Shown: in pieces, positions 9,356 to 19,118 of the stretch
Layout: every line of letters begins with the position of its first letter
How positions within the stretch are numbered: position 1 is the first letter of the stretch
Assembly (NCBI GenBank): GCA_963845565.1
Contig: CAWJSJ010000005.1
Coordinates: 128,001 to 192,000 of the forward strand
DNA: 64,000 nucleotides
Reading direction: 5' to 3'
Source of the DNA: an uncultured Methylomirabilota bacterium
GTDB lineage: Bacteria; Methylomirabilota; Methylomirabilia; Methylomirabilales; 2-02-FULL-66-22
Made by a program: the position numbers and the translations under genes
Notes under the pieces: model-generated
Told to the model about the DNA's origin: nothing
The model's database searches: none
Seen by the model: the letters and a program-made list of their open reading frames with translations, nothing else

Positions 9356-11356
9356 ATGACCAAGAGTGCAGCGGATGCGCGGGACGCGACGACGGCACTT
9401 CCGTTCTGGGATCTCCTGCGCGGCATGCGGCGGGTGCGCGCCTTCGAGGAGCGGGTGGGCGAGCTCTTCTCGCGGGCGGCGCTGCCGCGCCATTCCCATC
9501 TATACATCGGCGAGGAGGCGGTGGCCGTGGGCGTCTGCGCCGCGCTCACGGTCGATGACTATGTGACCAGCACACACCGGGGGCACGGTCACCTGATCGC
9601 CAAGGGCGCGGGCATGGAGCGGGCCTTCGCCGAGATCGCGGGCAGGGCGACGGGCTTCTGCAGGGGGAAGGGCGGCACCATGCACGTGGCCGACCTGAGC
9701 CTCGGATTCCTGGGGGCGATCAGCATCGTGGCGGGCGGGATGCCCATCGCCGTGGGCAGCGGCCTCTCGGCACAAATGCGTGGTACCGATCAGGTCACGG
9801 CCTGCTTCTTCGGGGACGGAGCCGCCAACCATGGAAACTTCGGGGAGGCGCTGAATGTCGCAGCGATCTGGAAGCTTCCCGTCATCTTCGTCTGCGAGAA
9901 CAATCAGTGGAACGAGTACACGCCGACGGGGAAAGTGACGGCGGGGCCCTCCATCGCCGCCCGGGCCGACGGCTACGGCATGCCCGGCCTGGTCGTGGAC
10001 GGGAACGACGCGGCGGCCGTCTACGCGGCGGTCCGCGACGCGGCCCGGCGGGCGCGAGCCGGTGAGGGGCCGACGCTCCTCGAATGCGTGACGTACCGGG
10101 CGCGCGGGCACAGCACGAGCGACCCGGCGCGGTACCGCTCGCCCGAGGAGGTGGCCGCCTGGCTGGCGAAAGATCCCATCCTGCAGCTGGAGCAGCGGCT
10201 GACGGCGGACGGCCTGGCCACGACCAAGGAGTTGGCGGCGGAGAAGGCGGCGATCGAGCGGGAGGCGGACGCCGCGCTGGACGCCGCGCTCAAGAGCCCA
10301 TCGCCGCCTCCCGAGGCGCTGACGGAGGACATCTACGCGCCCGCTGTCATCGTGCGGCCGTCGCCCGCCCCGGACCCGGCCGTGGAGCGCTCCTACCGCG
10401 AGGCGATCAACGACGCGCTCCGTGAGGAGCTCGCGCAGGATTCGCGCGTGATCCTGTTCGGCGAGGACATCGGCCGGGCCGGCGGGGCGTTCAAGGTGAC
10501 CGAGGGGTTGCAGGCCGCGTTCGGGGAGGGCCGCGTCCGTGACACGCCGATCGCCGAGAATACGCTGGTGGGGATGGCGCTGGGGGCCGCGCTCACCGGG
10601 CTCCGCCCGGTGTGCGAGATCATGTTCGTGGACCTGATGGCCCTCACCATGGATCAGGTGGTCAACTTTGGCGCCAAGATCCGCTACATGACCGGCGGGC
10701 AGGCGACGGTGCCGGCCGTGGTGCGGGCCCCCGGAGGAATCACGGGCGCCTCCGCCGCCACCCACTCGCAGAGCCTGGAGGCGTGGTTCTATCACATCCC
10801 CGGACTCAAAGTGGTGATGCCCTCCACCCCGGCGGATGCCAAGGGATTGCTCAAGAGTGCCATCCGGGATGACAACTTGGTGATCTTCCTGGAGGTGAAG
10901 TCCCTCTACAACACGCGCGGACCGGTGCCGACGGGCGAGCATCTCATCCCGCTGGGGAGCGCCGAAGTCAAGCGGCCGGGCCGCGACGTCACGGTGATCG
11001 CGACGGGCGCCATGGTGCCGCTGGCCTTGGAGGCAGGCTCGCGGCTGGCGGCGGACGGGATCGAGATCGAGGTCATCGATCCGCGCTCGCTGGTTCCCCT
11101 CGATATGGAGACGATCCTGGCCTCGGTGCGAAAGACCAACCGCGCGATCACGTTCGAGGAGGCGGTCCTGCGGGGGAGCGTGGGCGCGGACATCGCCGCC
11201 ACCATCATGAGCGAAGCCTTCGACGACCTGGACGGCCCGGTGGTCCGCGTCGGGGCGCCGCCGGTGCCCGTGCCGTTCTCCCCCGCGCTGGAAGGGTTGA
11301 TCCGGCCGACCGCCGACCGTTTGGTCACCGCCGTGCGGTCCGTCATGGGGAAGTAG
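9356..11356 (+). CDS. Fused ThDP-dependent dehydrogenase E1 alpha+beta (acetoin/2-oxoacid dehydrogenase type)
   Basis: GDGAA..ENN ThDP motif and RARGHS loop, then beta-subunit GED.., DTPIAE and HSQ motifs in a single ORF. Confidence 0.92.
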   Translation: MTKSAADARDATTALPFWDLLRGMRRVRAFEERVGELFSRAALPRHSHLYIGEEAVAVGVCAALTVDDYVTSTHRGHGHLIAKGAGMERAFAEIAGRATGFCRGKGGTMHVADLSLGFLGAISIVAGGMPIAVGSGLSAQMRGTDQVTACFFGDGAANHGNFGEALNVAAIWKLPVIFVCENNQWNEYTPTGKVTAGPSIAARADGYGMPGLVVDGNDAAAVYAAVRDAARRARAGEGPTLLECVTYRARGHSTSDPARYRSPEEVAAWLAKDPILQLEQRLTADGLATTKELAAEKAAIEREADAALDAALKSPSPPPEALTEDIYAPAVIVRPSPAPDPAVERSYREAINDALREELAQDSRVILFGEDIGRAGGAFKVTEGLQAAFGEGRVRDTPIAENTLVGMALGAALTGLRPVCEIMFVDLMALTMDQVVNFGAKIRYMTGGQATVPAVVRAPGGITGASAATHSQSLEAWFYHIPGLKVVMPSTPADAKGLLKSAIRDDNLVIFLEVKSLYNTRGPVPTGEHLIPLGSAEVKRPGRDVTVIATGAMVPLALEAGSRLAADGIEIEVIDPRSLVPLDMETILASVRKTNRAITFEEAVLRGSVGADIAATIMSEAFDDLDGPVVRVGAPPVPVPFSPALEGLIRPTADRLVTAVRSVMGK

Positions 11357-11435
11357 TCAGCCTCCGGCGACTCTCGATCGGCGGCAACGCTGCCCCGTCG
11401 ATTCCCTTCCCGACCGACCAATCCGTTTTTTCCTC

Positions 11436-11493
11436 TTGACGTCGAGTCGTGATTGTTGGATGTTGAATTCAAAGCACAGTATTCAAATACAGT
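11436..11493 (+). promoter_or_regulatory. Putative promoter/operator of the racemase-transketolase-TRAP operon
   Basis: TTGACG at 11436; AT-rich palindromes TTGAATTCAA and GTATTCAAATAC. Confidence 0.45.
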
Positions 11494-11570
11494 CGCCATC
11501 CGTCCTGCGGCGACGTTGACCATCAAGCCCCCCCGTCCGCAACCGACCGAAGCAACGAGAGGAGTGATCC

Positions 11571-12236
11571 ATGCGAACCGTCGCCGCCGTGTTCACCGCC
11601 CAGTCCATCGTGGAGTCCGTCAAGCAGATGTTCACGGAGTTGGTGCCGGATTGTCGGGTGGTGAGCATCATCGAGGACGCGCTGATCCAGGACGTCATCC
11701 GGGCGGGGCAGGTGACACCGGAGATCGCGCGGCGGTTGGTCCGGTATTACCTGGCCGCGCAGGACACCGGGGCCGACCTCATCTTCAACACCTGCTCCTC
11801 GATCGGGGACGTGGCCATCATGGCGCGGAGCCTGGTCGCGATCCCCATCGTGAAGATCGACGACGCCATGGCGGCGGAAGCCGTCCGCACCGGGAGTCGG
11901 ATCGGTGTTCTGGCCACGCTCCCGACGACGCTGGCGCCGACTGTCCGGCTGGTCAAGGCCCAGGCCGAGAAGGCGGGTCGGACCGTTTCGATTGTCGAGG
12001 GACTGGCCAAGGGGGCCTACGAGGCGCTGGTCGCCAAGCAGCCGGAAAAGCACGACGAGATGGTGACGGCTGCGGCGGAACAAGTGGCCAGGCAGGCGGA
12101 CGTCATCGTCCTGGCGCAAGGCTCCATGGCCCGCATGGAAGAGGCTCTCGCCAAGAGGACGGGGAAGCCGGTCCTGTCCAGTCCGCGGCGGGGCGTGGTG
12201 GAGGTCAAGGAGACCCTGGAAAGGATGGGACGGTGA
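11571..12236 (+). CDS. Asp/Glu/hydantoin racemase-fold protein
   Basis: NTCSSIG, IGVLAT..TT and IVLAQGSM motifs; GAGGAG RBS. Confidence 0.85.
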   Translation: MRTVAAVFTAQSIVESVKQMFTELVPDCRVVSIIEDALIQDVIRAGQVTPEIARRLVRYYLAAQDTGADLIFNTCSSIGDVAIMARSLVAIPIVKIDDAMAAEAVRTGSRIGVLATLPTTLAPTVRLVKAQAEKAGRTVSIVEGLAKGAYEALVAKQPEKHDEMVTAAAEQVARQADVIVLAQGSMARMEEALAKRTGKPVLSSPRRGVVEVKETLERMGR

Positions 12237-13058
12237 TGGTGACGGAACAGGACATCCGAGCGGTCGGTGAGGCGGCCCGGCAGATCCGCCGCGACGTCGT
12301 GCGCATGATCCATCTGGCCGGGGACGGCCATCCCGGCCCGGCGCTGTCGGTGGCGGACATCGTGGCGGCGCTGTATTTCAAAGTGCTGCGGGTGAATCCT
12401 GCCGATGCCCCTCTGGGAGGGGCGCGACCGCTTCATCCTCTCCAAGGGCCACGCCTGCCCGACCCTCTACGCCGCGCTGGCCCGGCGCGGGTTCTTCTCG
12501 CCCGATGTCCTGCCCTCGCTCCGCAGCCTCGGATCGATTCTCCAGGGGCATCCGGTCATGCAGAAGACGCCGGGGGTCGACAGCACGTCGGGCTCCCTGG
12601 GGAACGGGGTTTCGATCGGCCTGGGGATGACCCTGGCGGCCCGCGTGAACCGGCAGGACTACTTCACCTACGTGATCGTCGGCGACGGGGAGATCCAGGA
12701 AGGCATCATCTGGGAGGCAGCCATGGCCGCCGTGCACTACAAGGCGGGGCGCCTCATCGTCTTCGTGGACCAGAACGGCCAGCAGAGCGGCGGTCCCGTG
12801 CGCGAGGTGAGCGGCCTCTGTCCCGTCCTGCCGAAATGGGAAGCCTTCGGATGGCACTGCCAGGAGATCGACGGGCACGATCTGCGGGCGATCCTGACCG
12901 CCATCGAGCGGGCGCAGGCCGAGACGGACCGCCCGTCCTGCATCGTGGCCCGGACGGTGAAAGGGAAGGGGATTCCCTTCATGGAGGCGGACAATTCCTG
13001 GCACAAGCGGGTGCCCACCAAGGACGAGCTGGAGGCGGCACTCGCCGTCCTGGCGTGA
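12236..13058 (+). CDS. Transketolase N-terminal (ThDP-binding) subunit (frameshift at ~12407)
   Basis: GHPGPALS, then in a shifted frame DRFILSKGH, LQGHP, GSLG and GDGE..EG..N. Confidence 0.92.
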
Positions 13059-13217
13059 CAGGCTGCTGAAAACGGCCCATCTGCGTCGTTGGCGCGCTCG
13101 GGCACTCGTTGCGGCGTACCTGGAAGTACGCCTCACTCGGCCCTTTGCGCTGCCGCCTAGCATCTGGACCTTTTTGAGCAGCCTGGGCAAGAGAACTGTT
13201 TCTCAGCAACCTGCTAA
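13059..13217. mobile_element. CAGGCTGCTGAAAA MITE, copy 2
   Basis: CAGGCTGCTGAAAAC...TTTTTGAGCAGCCTG (13185) plus second arm TTTCTCAGCAACCTGCTAA; lies between the transketolase subunit genes. Confidence 0.82.
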
Positions 13218-13227
13218 GGGAGGGGTA

Positions 13228-14202
13228 ATGAGCGGGATGCGCATGGAGAGCACGCGGGTCGCGTTCCTGGAGACGCTGACCGAGTTGATGGAGGCCGACC
13301 CGAAGACCGTCGTGGTTTTCGCCGACTCGGTCAAGGTGTTCCGGGCCACGCCGGAGTTCCTGCAGCGATTCAAGGGGCAGGTCTTCGATGTCGGGATCGC
13401 CGAACAGAACATGGTTGCGACAGCCGCCGGCCTGGCGACCTGTGGCCTCACCGTTTTCGCCGCCACGTATGCGGGCTTCATCACCATGCGGGCGTGCGAG
13501 CAGGTCCGCACGTTCGTGGCGTATCCGGGCCTGAACGTGAAGTTCATCGGAGCGAACGCGGGAATCTTCGGCGGGGAGCGTGAAGGCGTGACCCACCAGT
13601 TCTTCGAGGACCTGGCCATCGTGCGGAGCATCCCGGGGGTGACGGTGGTGGTGCCCGCGGACGCCGCGGCGGTGCGGCAGGCCACCCGGGCGATCGCCAA
13701 GGTGGCGGGCCCCGCGTACCTGCGGATCGGGAGCGGGCGGGACCCGGTGGTCGTGGATCCACCGCGCCCATTCGAGCTGGGGAAGATCCGGCGGCTGGAG
13801 GACCACGGGCGGGACTTCGTGATCTTCGCCAACGGGTACCTGCTCCAGCGCGGCCTGGAGGCGGCGGCGCAGCTTCGGTCGCAGGGGCTCCGTGGGCGGG
13901 TGGTCGAGGTCCACACGCTGCGCCCCCTGGACGCGGAGGGCATCGCCCGGGTGCTCGGGGAAAGCCCGGCGGCGGTGAGCGTCGAGGATCACCAGATCAA
14001 CGGTGCCCTGGGGAGCGCCATCGCCGAGGTGATCGCAGAGCACGGTACGGGGCGGCTGGTGCGGCTGGGCCTCCAGGACGTGTTCGCGGAGTCGGGCGAC
14101 GCCTTCGGCCTCCTGGATCGGTACGGGCTGGGCGTCCGGGACATCGTGCAGGCCGTCGAGCGGGTCGTGAGTGAGGCGGAGGTAACGGCAGGAAAGCCGT
14201 GA
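13228..14202 (+). CDS. Transketolase C-terminal subunit
   Basis: DVGIAEQN, RACEQVR, THQ..ED and VEDH..GALG motifs. Confidence 0.92.
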   Translation: MSGMRMESTRVAFLETLTELMEADPKTVVVFADSVKVFRATPEFLQRFKGQVFDVGIAEQNMVATAAGLATCGLTVFAATYAGFITMRACEQVRTFVAYPGLNVKFIGANAGIFGGEREGVTHQFFEDLAIVRSIPGVTVVVPADAAAVRQATRAIAKVAGPAYLRIGSGRDPVVVDPPRPFELGKIRRLEDHGRDFVIFANGYLLQRGLEAAAQLRSQGLRGRVVEVHTLRPLDAEGIARVLGESPAAVSVEDHQINGALGSAIAEVIAEHGTGRLVRLGLQDVFAESGDAFGLLDRYGLGVRDIVQAVERVVSEAEVTAGKP

Positions 14203-14284
14203 GCAGAGAGGAGAGCAGGATCGGGAGAACAACGAAGAAGTCGTCGTTTTCGGACTCGCAACTCACACGAAGGGGGTAGAGGTC

Positions 14285-15283
14285 ATGAAGAAGCTCTTGT
14301 GTCTGATCGGTGTCGTGACCCTGGCGCTGGGCGCCCTGGCGGTGCAGGACGCCGCCGCGCAAACCGTGACGCTGCGCTACGCCCACATGAATGCGCCGAG
14401 CAGCATCGCCGGGCAGCAGGCCGCCCTGCTGGCGAAGGCCATCGAGGAGAAGACCAAGGGGGCGGTCAAGGTCAACGTCTTCCCCTCCTCCCAGCTCGGG
14501 ACCCTCCAGGAGCAGGCCGAGGCCGTCAGCTCCGGCACGGTGCAGCTCCACCACAATACCATGGCCGGCATCGGGTCGCTGTACGAGCCGTTCGGGGCGC
14601 TGGACACCCCCTTCATGTACAAGGACGTGGAGCACCTGATGCGGGTGGCCGATCCCAACTCGTCGGTCATGAAGAAGCTGGGCGAGGGGCTCCTGAAGGC
14701 CCGCGGCGTGCGGGTGTTCTACACGTTCTACTTCGGGACGCGGCAGCTCACCGCGGATCGGCAGGTGCTGAGTCCCAAGGACCTGCAGGGCGTGAAGATT
14801 CGCGCCATCCCCTTCCCCATCTACATGGCGGCGGTCGAGGGCATGGGGGCCGTGGCGACCCCCGTGGATTTCGCCGAGCTGCCGACGCAGCTGGCAACGA
14901 AGGCGGTGAACGGACAAGAGAATCCGGTCGACACGATCTTCGCCAACAAGTTTTACGAGACGCAATCCCACCTCATGCTGACCGGTCACATCAAGGGTGC
15001 GGAGCTGGTGGTCTTCAATGACGCCGCCTGGAAGAAGCTCTCGCCCGCGCTGCAGGGGCAGATCATGGAGGCGGCCAACGAAGTCAGCAAGAAGGCGACC
15101 CAGATGACGCAGGAGAGCGACGCCTCCTACACCAAGCAGTTGGCGGACAAGGGAATGAAGGTGATCGGGCCCAAGGAAGGTCTGGACATCAACGCCTTCC
15201 AGACCCGCGTGCAGGGCGAGATCTCGAAGCGGTTCGATGCCAAGTTCGGCGAGGTGTATAAAGACATCCGCGCCATCCAGTAG
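14285..15283 (+). CDS. dctP: TRAP transporter substrate-binding protein
   Basis: Signal peptide; FPSSQLG, DLQGVKIR and GQENP motifs. Confidence 0.93.
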   Translation: MKKLLCLIGVVTLALGALAVQDAAAQTVTLRYAHMNAPSSIAGQQAALLAKAIEEKTKGAVKVNVFPSSQLGTLQEQAEAVSSGTVQLHHNTMAGIGSLYEPFGALDTPFMYKDVEHLMRVADPNSSVMKKLGEGLLKARGVRVFYTFYFGTRQLTADRQVLSPKDLQGVKIRAIPFPIYMAAVEGMGAVATPVDFAELPTQLATKAVNGQENPVDTIFANKFYETQSHLMLTGHIKGAELVVFNDAAWKKLSPALQGQIMEAANEVSKKATQMTQESDASYTKQLADKGMKVIGPKEGLDINAFQTRVQGEISKRFDAKFGEVYKDIRAIQ

Positions 15284-15426
15284 TCGGCTGCTGAAAACGG
15301 CCCATCTGCTGCGTTGGCTCGCTCAGGCGCTCGCTGCGGCGTACCTGGAGTACGCCTTGACCCACCGGCGGTGGGTACCCCGCCCTACGCTCGCCGCCTT
15401 GCATCTGGGTCCTTTTTGAGCAGCCT
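15281..15426. mobile_element. CAGGCTGCTGAAAA MITE, copy 3
   Basis: TAGTCGGCTGCTGAAAAC...CCTTTTTGAGCAGCC; same internal GCGGCGTACCTGGAGTACGC core. Confidence 0.8.
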
Positions 15427-15548
15427 TTGGGGGGTGGCTTCTTCTGCATTCCGGTGCGAGTATTCCGGATCACGAGGGCGGCGGACGCGGGCCGGAAGGG
15501 CCGGCCCGCGTCCGCCGGAAACTGCTCGATGAAGGGATGGAAGGGACC

Positions 15549-16049
15549 ATGAATAAACCGGCGCCGCACGCGAGCCTGATCGGAAGGACAACGCAGATCT
15601 GCGAGTACGTGTCGCTCGTCTGCCTGGCCGTGATTGCGACGCTGATCTTCGTCCAGATCCTCTTGCGGAACTTCGTTTCCGTGGCCTATGCCGGCATCGA
15701 GGAGCTGGCGCGCTTTGCCCACATCAATCTGGTGTTCCTGCTGGTCCCCCTCCTGTTCCGGGAGGGACTGCATGTCAAAATCGACCTGCTGACCCAAAAG
15801 GCGGGCCCGAAGCTCACGCGAATCCTGGATGCCCTCGCTGCGTTGCTGACGGCCGTGTACTGCCTCTTCTTCCTGGTGAGCGAATACCAGTTCATGGCCA
15901 AGAATGGGAGTGTGCCGAGCCCCGGCCTCGGCATCCCCAACATCGTCTTCTTTGCCGGGGCGTACCTGGGGATGGCACTCCTGCTGCTGACTGCCGGCGA
16001 GAGATTCGTGCAGACGGTGAACGGCCAGCCGGAAGGAGGCGGGCGGTGA
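15549..16049 (+). CDS. dctQ: TRAP transporter small permease
   Basis: 4 TMs, EELAR and HVKID motifs; between dctP and dctM. Confidence 0.9.
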   Translation: MNKPAPHASLIGRTTQICEYVSLVCLAVIATLIFVQILLRNFVSVAYAGIEELARFAHINLVFLLVPLLFREGLHVKIDLLTQKAGPKLTRILDALAALLTAVYCLFFLVSEYQFMAKNGSVPSPGLGIPNIVFFAGAYLGMALLLLTAGERFVQTVNGQPEGGGR

Positions 16050-17329
16050 GCGGCTTCCACATCATAGGACTCTTCCTTCTCCTGAGTCTCCTGGGGGTCC
16101 CCCTGGCGGTCAGCATGGGCCTCTCCGCCGTCACCTACATCGTCATTGCGGGTATCCCGCTGGCCACCATCGCCCACCGAATGGGCAACGCTCTCAACTC
16201 GTTCCCGCTTCTGGCCGTGGTCCTGTTCATCTTCGTCGGAAGCCTGCTGAACGCCACCGGGATCACGCACCGACTCTACGAGGCGGCAAAGCTCGTGGTG
16301 GGCCGTGTGCGGGGCGGGCTGGCCTACGTCAACGTGTTGGCCAATCTGGTGATGGCGGGGATCTCCGGAGCGGCCCTCGCCGATATCGGCGCCCTGGGGA
16401 ACATTCAGATCAAGGCCATGAAGGAGCAAGGCTACAAGGAAGAGATGGCCGCCAGCATCACCGTGGCCGCGGCGACCCTCGGCCCCATCTTTCCCCCCAG
16501 CATCCCCATGATCATCTATGCCAGCGTGGCGGAGGTGTCGGGGATCAAGCTGCTCATCGCCGGCATCGTGCCGGCGCTGGTCATCACGCTCTGCCTGTGC
16601 GTGCAGGTATGGTACTTCGCCCGAAAGTACAACTTCCCTCGCGAGACGCATGTGCGGCCATGGCGAGAGAAGCTCCATACCGCCCTCGTGGCCCTGCCCG
16701 CCTTGGCAACGCCGGTGATCCTGGTGGGCGGCCTGCTCTTCGGCTGGTTCGGCCCGACAGAGTTGGCGGGCTTCACGGTGTTCTACTCGCTCTTCCTGGG
16801 GGCGGTGGTCTACAAGGAGCTGACTTGGGAGCGGCTGCTGGCGGGCGCGCGGGATACCGTCCGCGCTACAGCCACCATCATGTTTATCGTCTCCTCGGCG
16901 GCGATCTTCGCCTGGGTCCTCACCGTCGAGCAGGTCCCGGCCCAGATGTCGGCGCTCTTGCTCAGCTTCTCCAAGGATCCGGTAGTCCTCCTGATGCTGA
17001 CGAACGTGATCCTGCTCATCGTCGGGATGTTCATGGAGTCGATCGCGGCCATCATGGTCATGACGCCTCTGCTCGTCCCGCCGCTCCTGGAGGCGGGCGT
17101 GGATCCGGTTCACCTGGGTGTGGTGGTGGTACTCAACCTGATGATTGGCCTCCTGACGCCTCCGGTGGGGATGAGCCTCTACATGGTGAGCATCATCTCG
17201 AACGTGACCTTCTCTCGGATGGCCCGGGTCATCTGGCCGTTTCTGGTGCCGCTTCTGGTGTCGCTCTTGATCGTCACGCTGGTGCCGTCGATCTCAACCT
17301 GGCTGCCGAATCTGATGTTCAGGAAGTGA
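16046..17329 (+). CDS. dctM: TRAP transporter large permease
   Basis: GISGAALAD, PPSIP, PTE and LTPPVG motifs. Confidence 0.94.
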   Translation: MSGFHIIGLFLLLSLLGVPLAVSMGLSAVTYIVIAGIPLATIAHRMGNALNSFPLLAVVLFIFVGSLLNATGITHRLYEAAKLVVGRVRGGLAYVNVLANLVMAGISGAALADIGALGNIQIKAMKEQGYKEEMAASITVAAATLGPIFPPSIPMIIYASVAEVSGIKLLIAGIVPALVITLCLCVQVWYFARKYNFPRETHVRPWREKLHTALVALPALATPVILVGGLLFGWFGPTELAGFTVFYSLFLGAVVYKELTWERLLAGARDTVRATATIMFIVSSAAIFAWVLTVEQVPAQMSALLLSFSKDPVVLLMLTNVILLIVGMFMESIAAIMVMTPLLVPPLLEAGVDPVHLGVVVVLNLMIGLLTPPVGMSLYMVSIISNVTFSRMARVIWPFLVPLLVSLLIVTLVPSISTWLPNLMFRK

Positions 17330-17342
17330 GGGGACGACAGGC

Positions 17343-18026
17343 ATGGTGAGACAGGACCGGAAGTCGAGCCCCCTCCTCATCGAGCACGAGAACCTCGACG
17401 ACAAGATCTACGCTCGCCTGAAGGGGATGATCGCCGAGGGGCGCTTGGCGCCCGGACAGCGGATCCTGCAGGAGAAGCTGGCGCGGGACATGGGGGTGAG
17501 CCGGACGCCGCTCGTCAACGCACTGAAGCGCCTGGCCCAGGAGCGGCTGGTCGAGTGGGTGTCGCGCCGGGGGATTTACGTCAAACAGTTCTCCCTGACA
17601 GAAATGGCGCAACTGTTCGAAGTACGGGAAGGGCTGGAGCCGATCGCGGCCCGCCTGGCGGCCACGCGGATCTCCCCAGCCGAGGTGAAAGCGTTCAAGA
17701 AGGTGTTCGACGGGTTCAGCAAGAAGCCGTCCGCGGCGGAGGTGCAGCGGTATCTCAAGTGCGATCGGCACTTCCATTGGCGCCTGGTGGAATTGACGGG
17801 CAACCCCCATCTGGCGGCGGCGATGGAGTCCGTCAACATGATGATCTCCGCGTACCAAGTGGGGGTCCCGCGCAGCCTGGCCGAATCCCTTCCCGAACAT
17901 CAGGCGATCCTGGAGGCCCTGGGGCGTCGTGACCCCGACGCGAGCGAGGCGGCCATGCGGATCCACATCCGCCGATCCGTGGAGCGACTATGGAGCCGCG
18001 CACGCGCCGAGGAACCGGATCGCTGA
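17343..18026 (+). CDS. GntR/FCD family regulator
   Basis: wHTH GVSRTP; FCD D..FH, N, EH..I and H motifs. Confidence 0.93.
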   Translation: MVRQDRKSSPLLIEHENLDDKIYARLKGMIAEGRLAPGQRILQEKLARDMGVSRTPLVNALKRLAQERLVEWVSRRGIYVKQFSLTEMAQLFEVREGLEPIAARLAATRISPAEVKAFKKVFDGFSKKPSAAEVQRYLKCDRHFHWRLVELTGNPHLAAAMESVNMMISAYQVGVPRSLAESLPEHQAILEALGRRDPDASEAAMRIHIRRSVERLWSRARAEEPDR

Positions 18027-18152
18027 ACCGCAGGTGGTCCGCAGGGTCTTCCTCTCCGCATTACTCGGAAGCGCCGAGCGCTCCGTGCGGTAGGGTCACG
18101 CCTTGGTATCGACCAACGCCTCCATCCGGGTGGAATGACTGCGGGTTTCCGT

Positions 18153-18195
18153 TTGACAGTCGTCCCGTGCCCATGTTACTCGTAAAACGTAACAT
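18153..18195 (+). promoter_or_regulatory. Promoter with inverted-repeat operator
   Basis: TTGACA at 18153; ATGTTAC-N9-GTAACAT (18173-18195) over the -10/+1 region. Confidence 0.55.
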
Positions 18196-18251
18196 TTCAG
18201 GATCGGTGGAGTCGTAGCGCGCTTCCATGGTTCGTGCCGGGAGAGCCGCGG

Positions 18252-19020
18252 ATGACCAAAGCCGGTTCGCAAGCCGCTGCTGATGCCGCGGGTGCCACCC
18301 GCGTCCATGATCGTTTACCCCTCCGCCAAATGCGCCAGGCGCGTCCCACGGTCGTTCCCATCCAGCGCGAGAGCCTGGAAGAGCAGGTCTACGCGCGGCT
18401 TCGCTCTTCCATCATCGACCGGGCGATCCAGCCGGGCCAGCGCATCCCCGTCGACCGATTGGCGCAGGAGCTGGGCATCAGTCGGACACCCATCTTGAAC
18501 GCTCTGAAGCGCCTGGCGCAGGAACGGGTGGTGGATTGCCTCTCGCGCCGCGGGATCTACGTCCGGCGCTTCAGCAAGCGGGAGATGGCGAGACTGTTCG
18601 AGGTCCGCGAAGCCCTGGAGGGGATGGCGGCCCGCCTGGCCGCGCCGCGGATCGCGCCGACCGAGGTCCGGCGCCTGAGCGCACTGTTCCGCGGTTTCGA
18701 CGGCGCGCCCATCGCCGGCTGCCGCGCGCCGCTACATCGAGCGCGACCGCCACTTCCACTGGCGGCTTGGTGGAGCTAGCCGGGAACGAGCAGCTCATGG
18801 CGGCGCTGGATTCGGTCAACATGATGTTCTTCGCCTACCAGGACGGGGTGGTGCGGCCGTCGGCCGAGACCGTGCCGGAGCACCGGGCCATCCTGGAGGC
18901 GTTGAGTCGCCACGATCCGGGGGCCAGCGAGGCGGCCATGCGGTTGCATATCCGCCGCTCGATCGAGCGGCTGGAGGCTGAGGCCGAAGTGGAAGAGGCG
19001 CGAGCGGCGGAGGTGCATCG
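18252..19020 (+). CDS. Second GntR/FCD regulator (frameshifted ~18710-18765; 3' end uncertain)
   Basis: GISRTPILNALKRLAQE closely matches the upstream GntR; FCD tail EHRAILEAL..MRLHIRRS lies in another frame. Confidence 0.8.
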
Positions 19021-19118
19021 GAAAGGCGCGAAGAGGAGGGAAGGCACCGAGCGGAAGGTCGGGTGCGATCACGCGGGGCGAGGAAGACCGCGCGGCGACG
19101 CACGAGGAGGAAGACACC

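Noticed and set aside
12400..12415. Programmed ribosomal frameshifting in transketolase and other genes
   Set aside because: No slippery sequences; the same one-base-insertion pattern recurs in unrelated genes
15237..15591. Short ORFs sharing LLKxAHL / GPFSAA peptides at several loci
   Set aside because: Translations of the MITE, not a protein family
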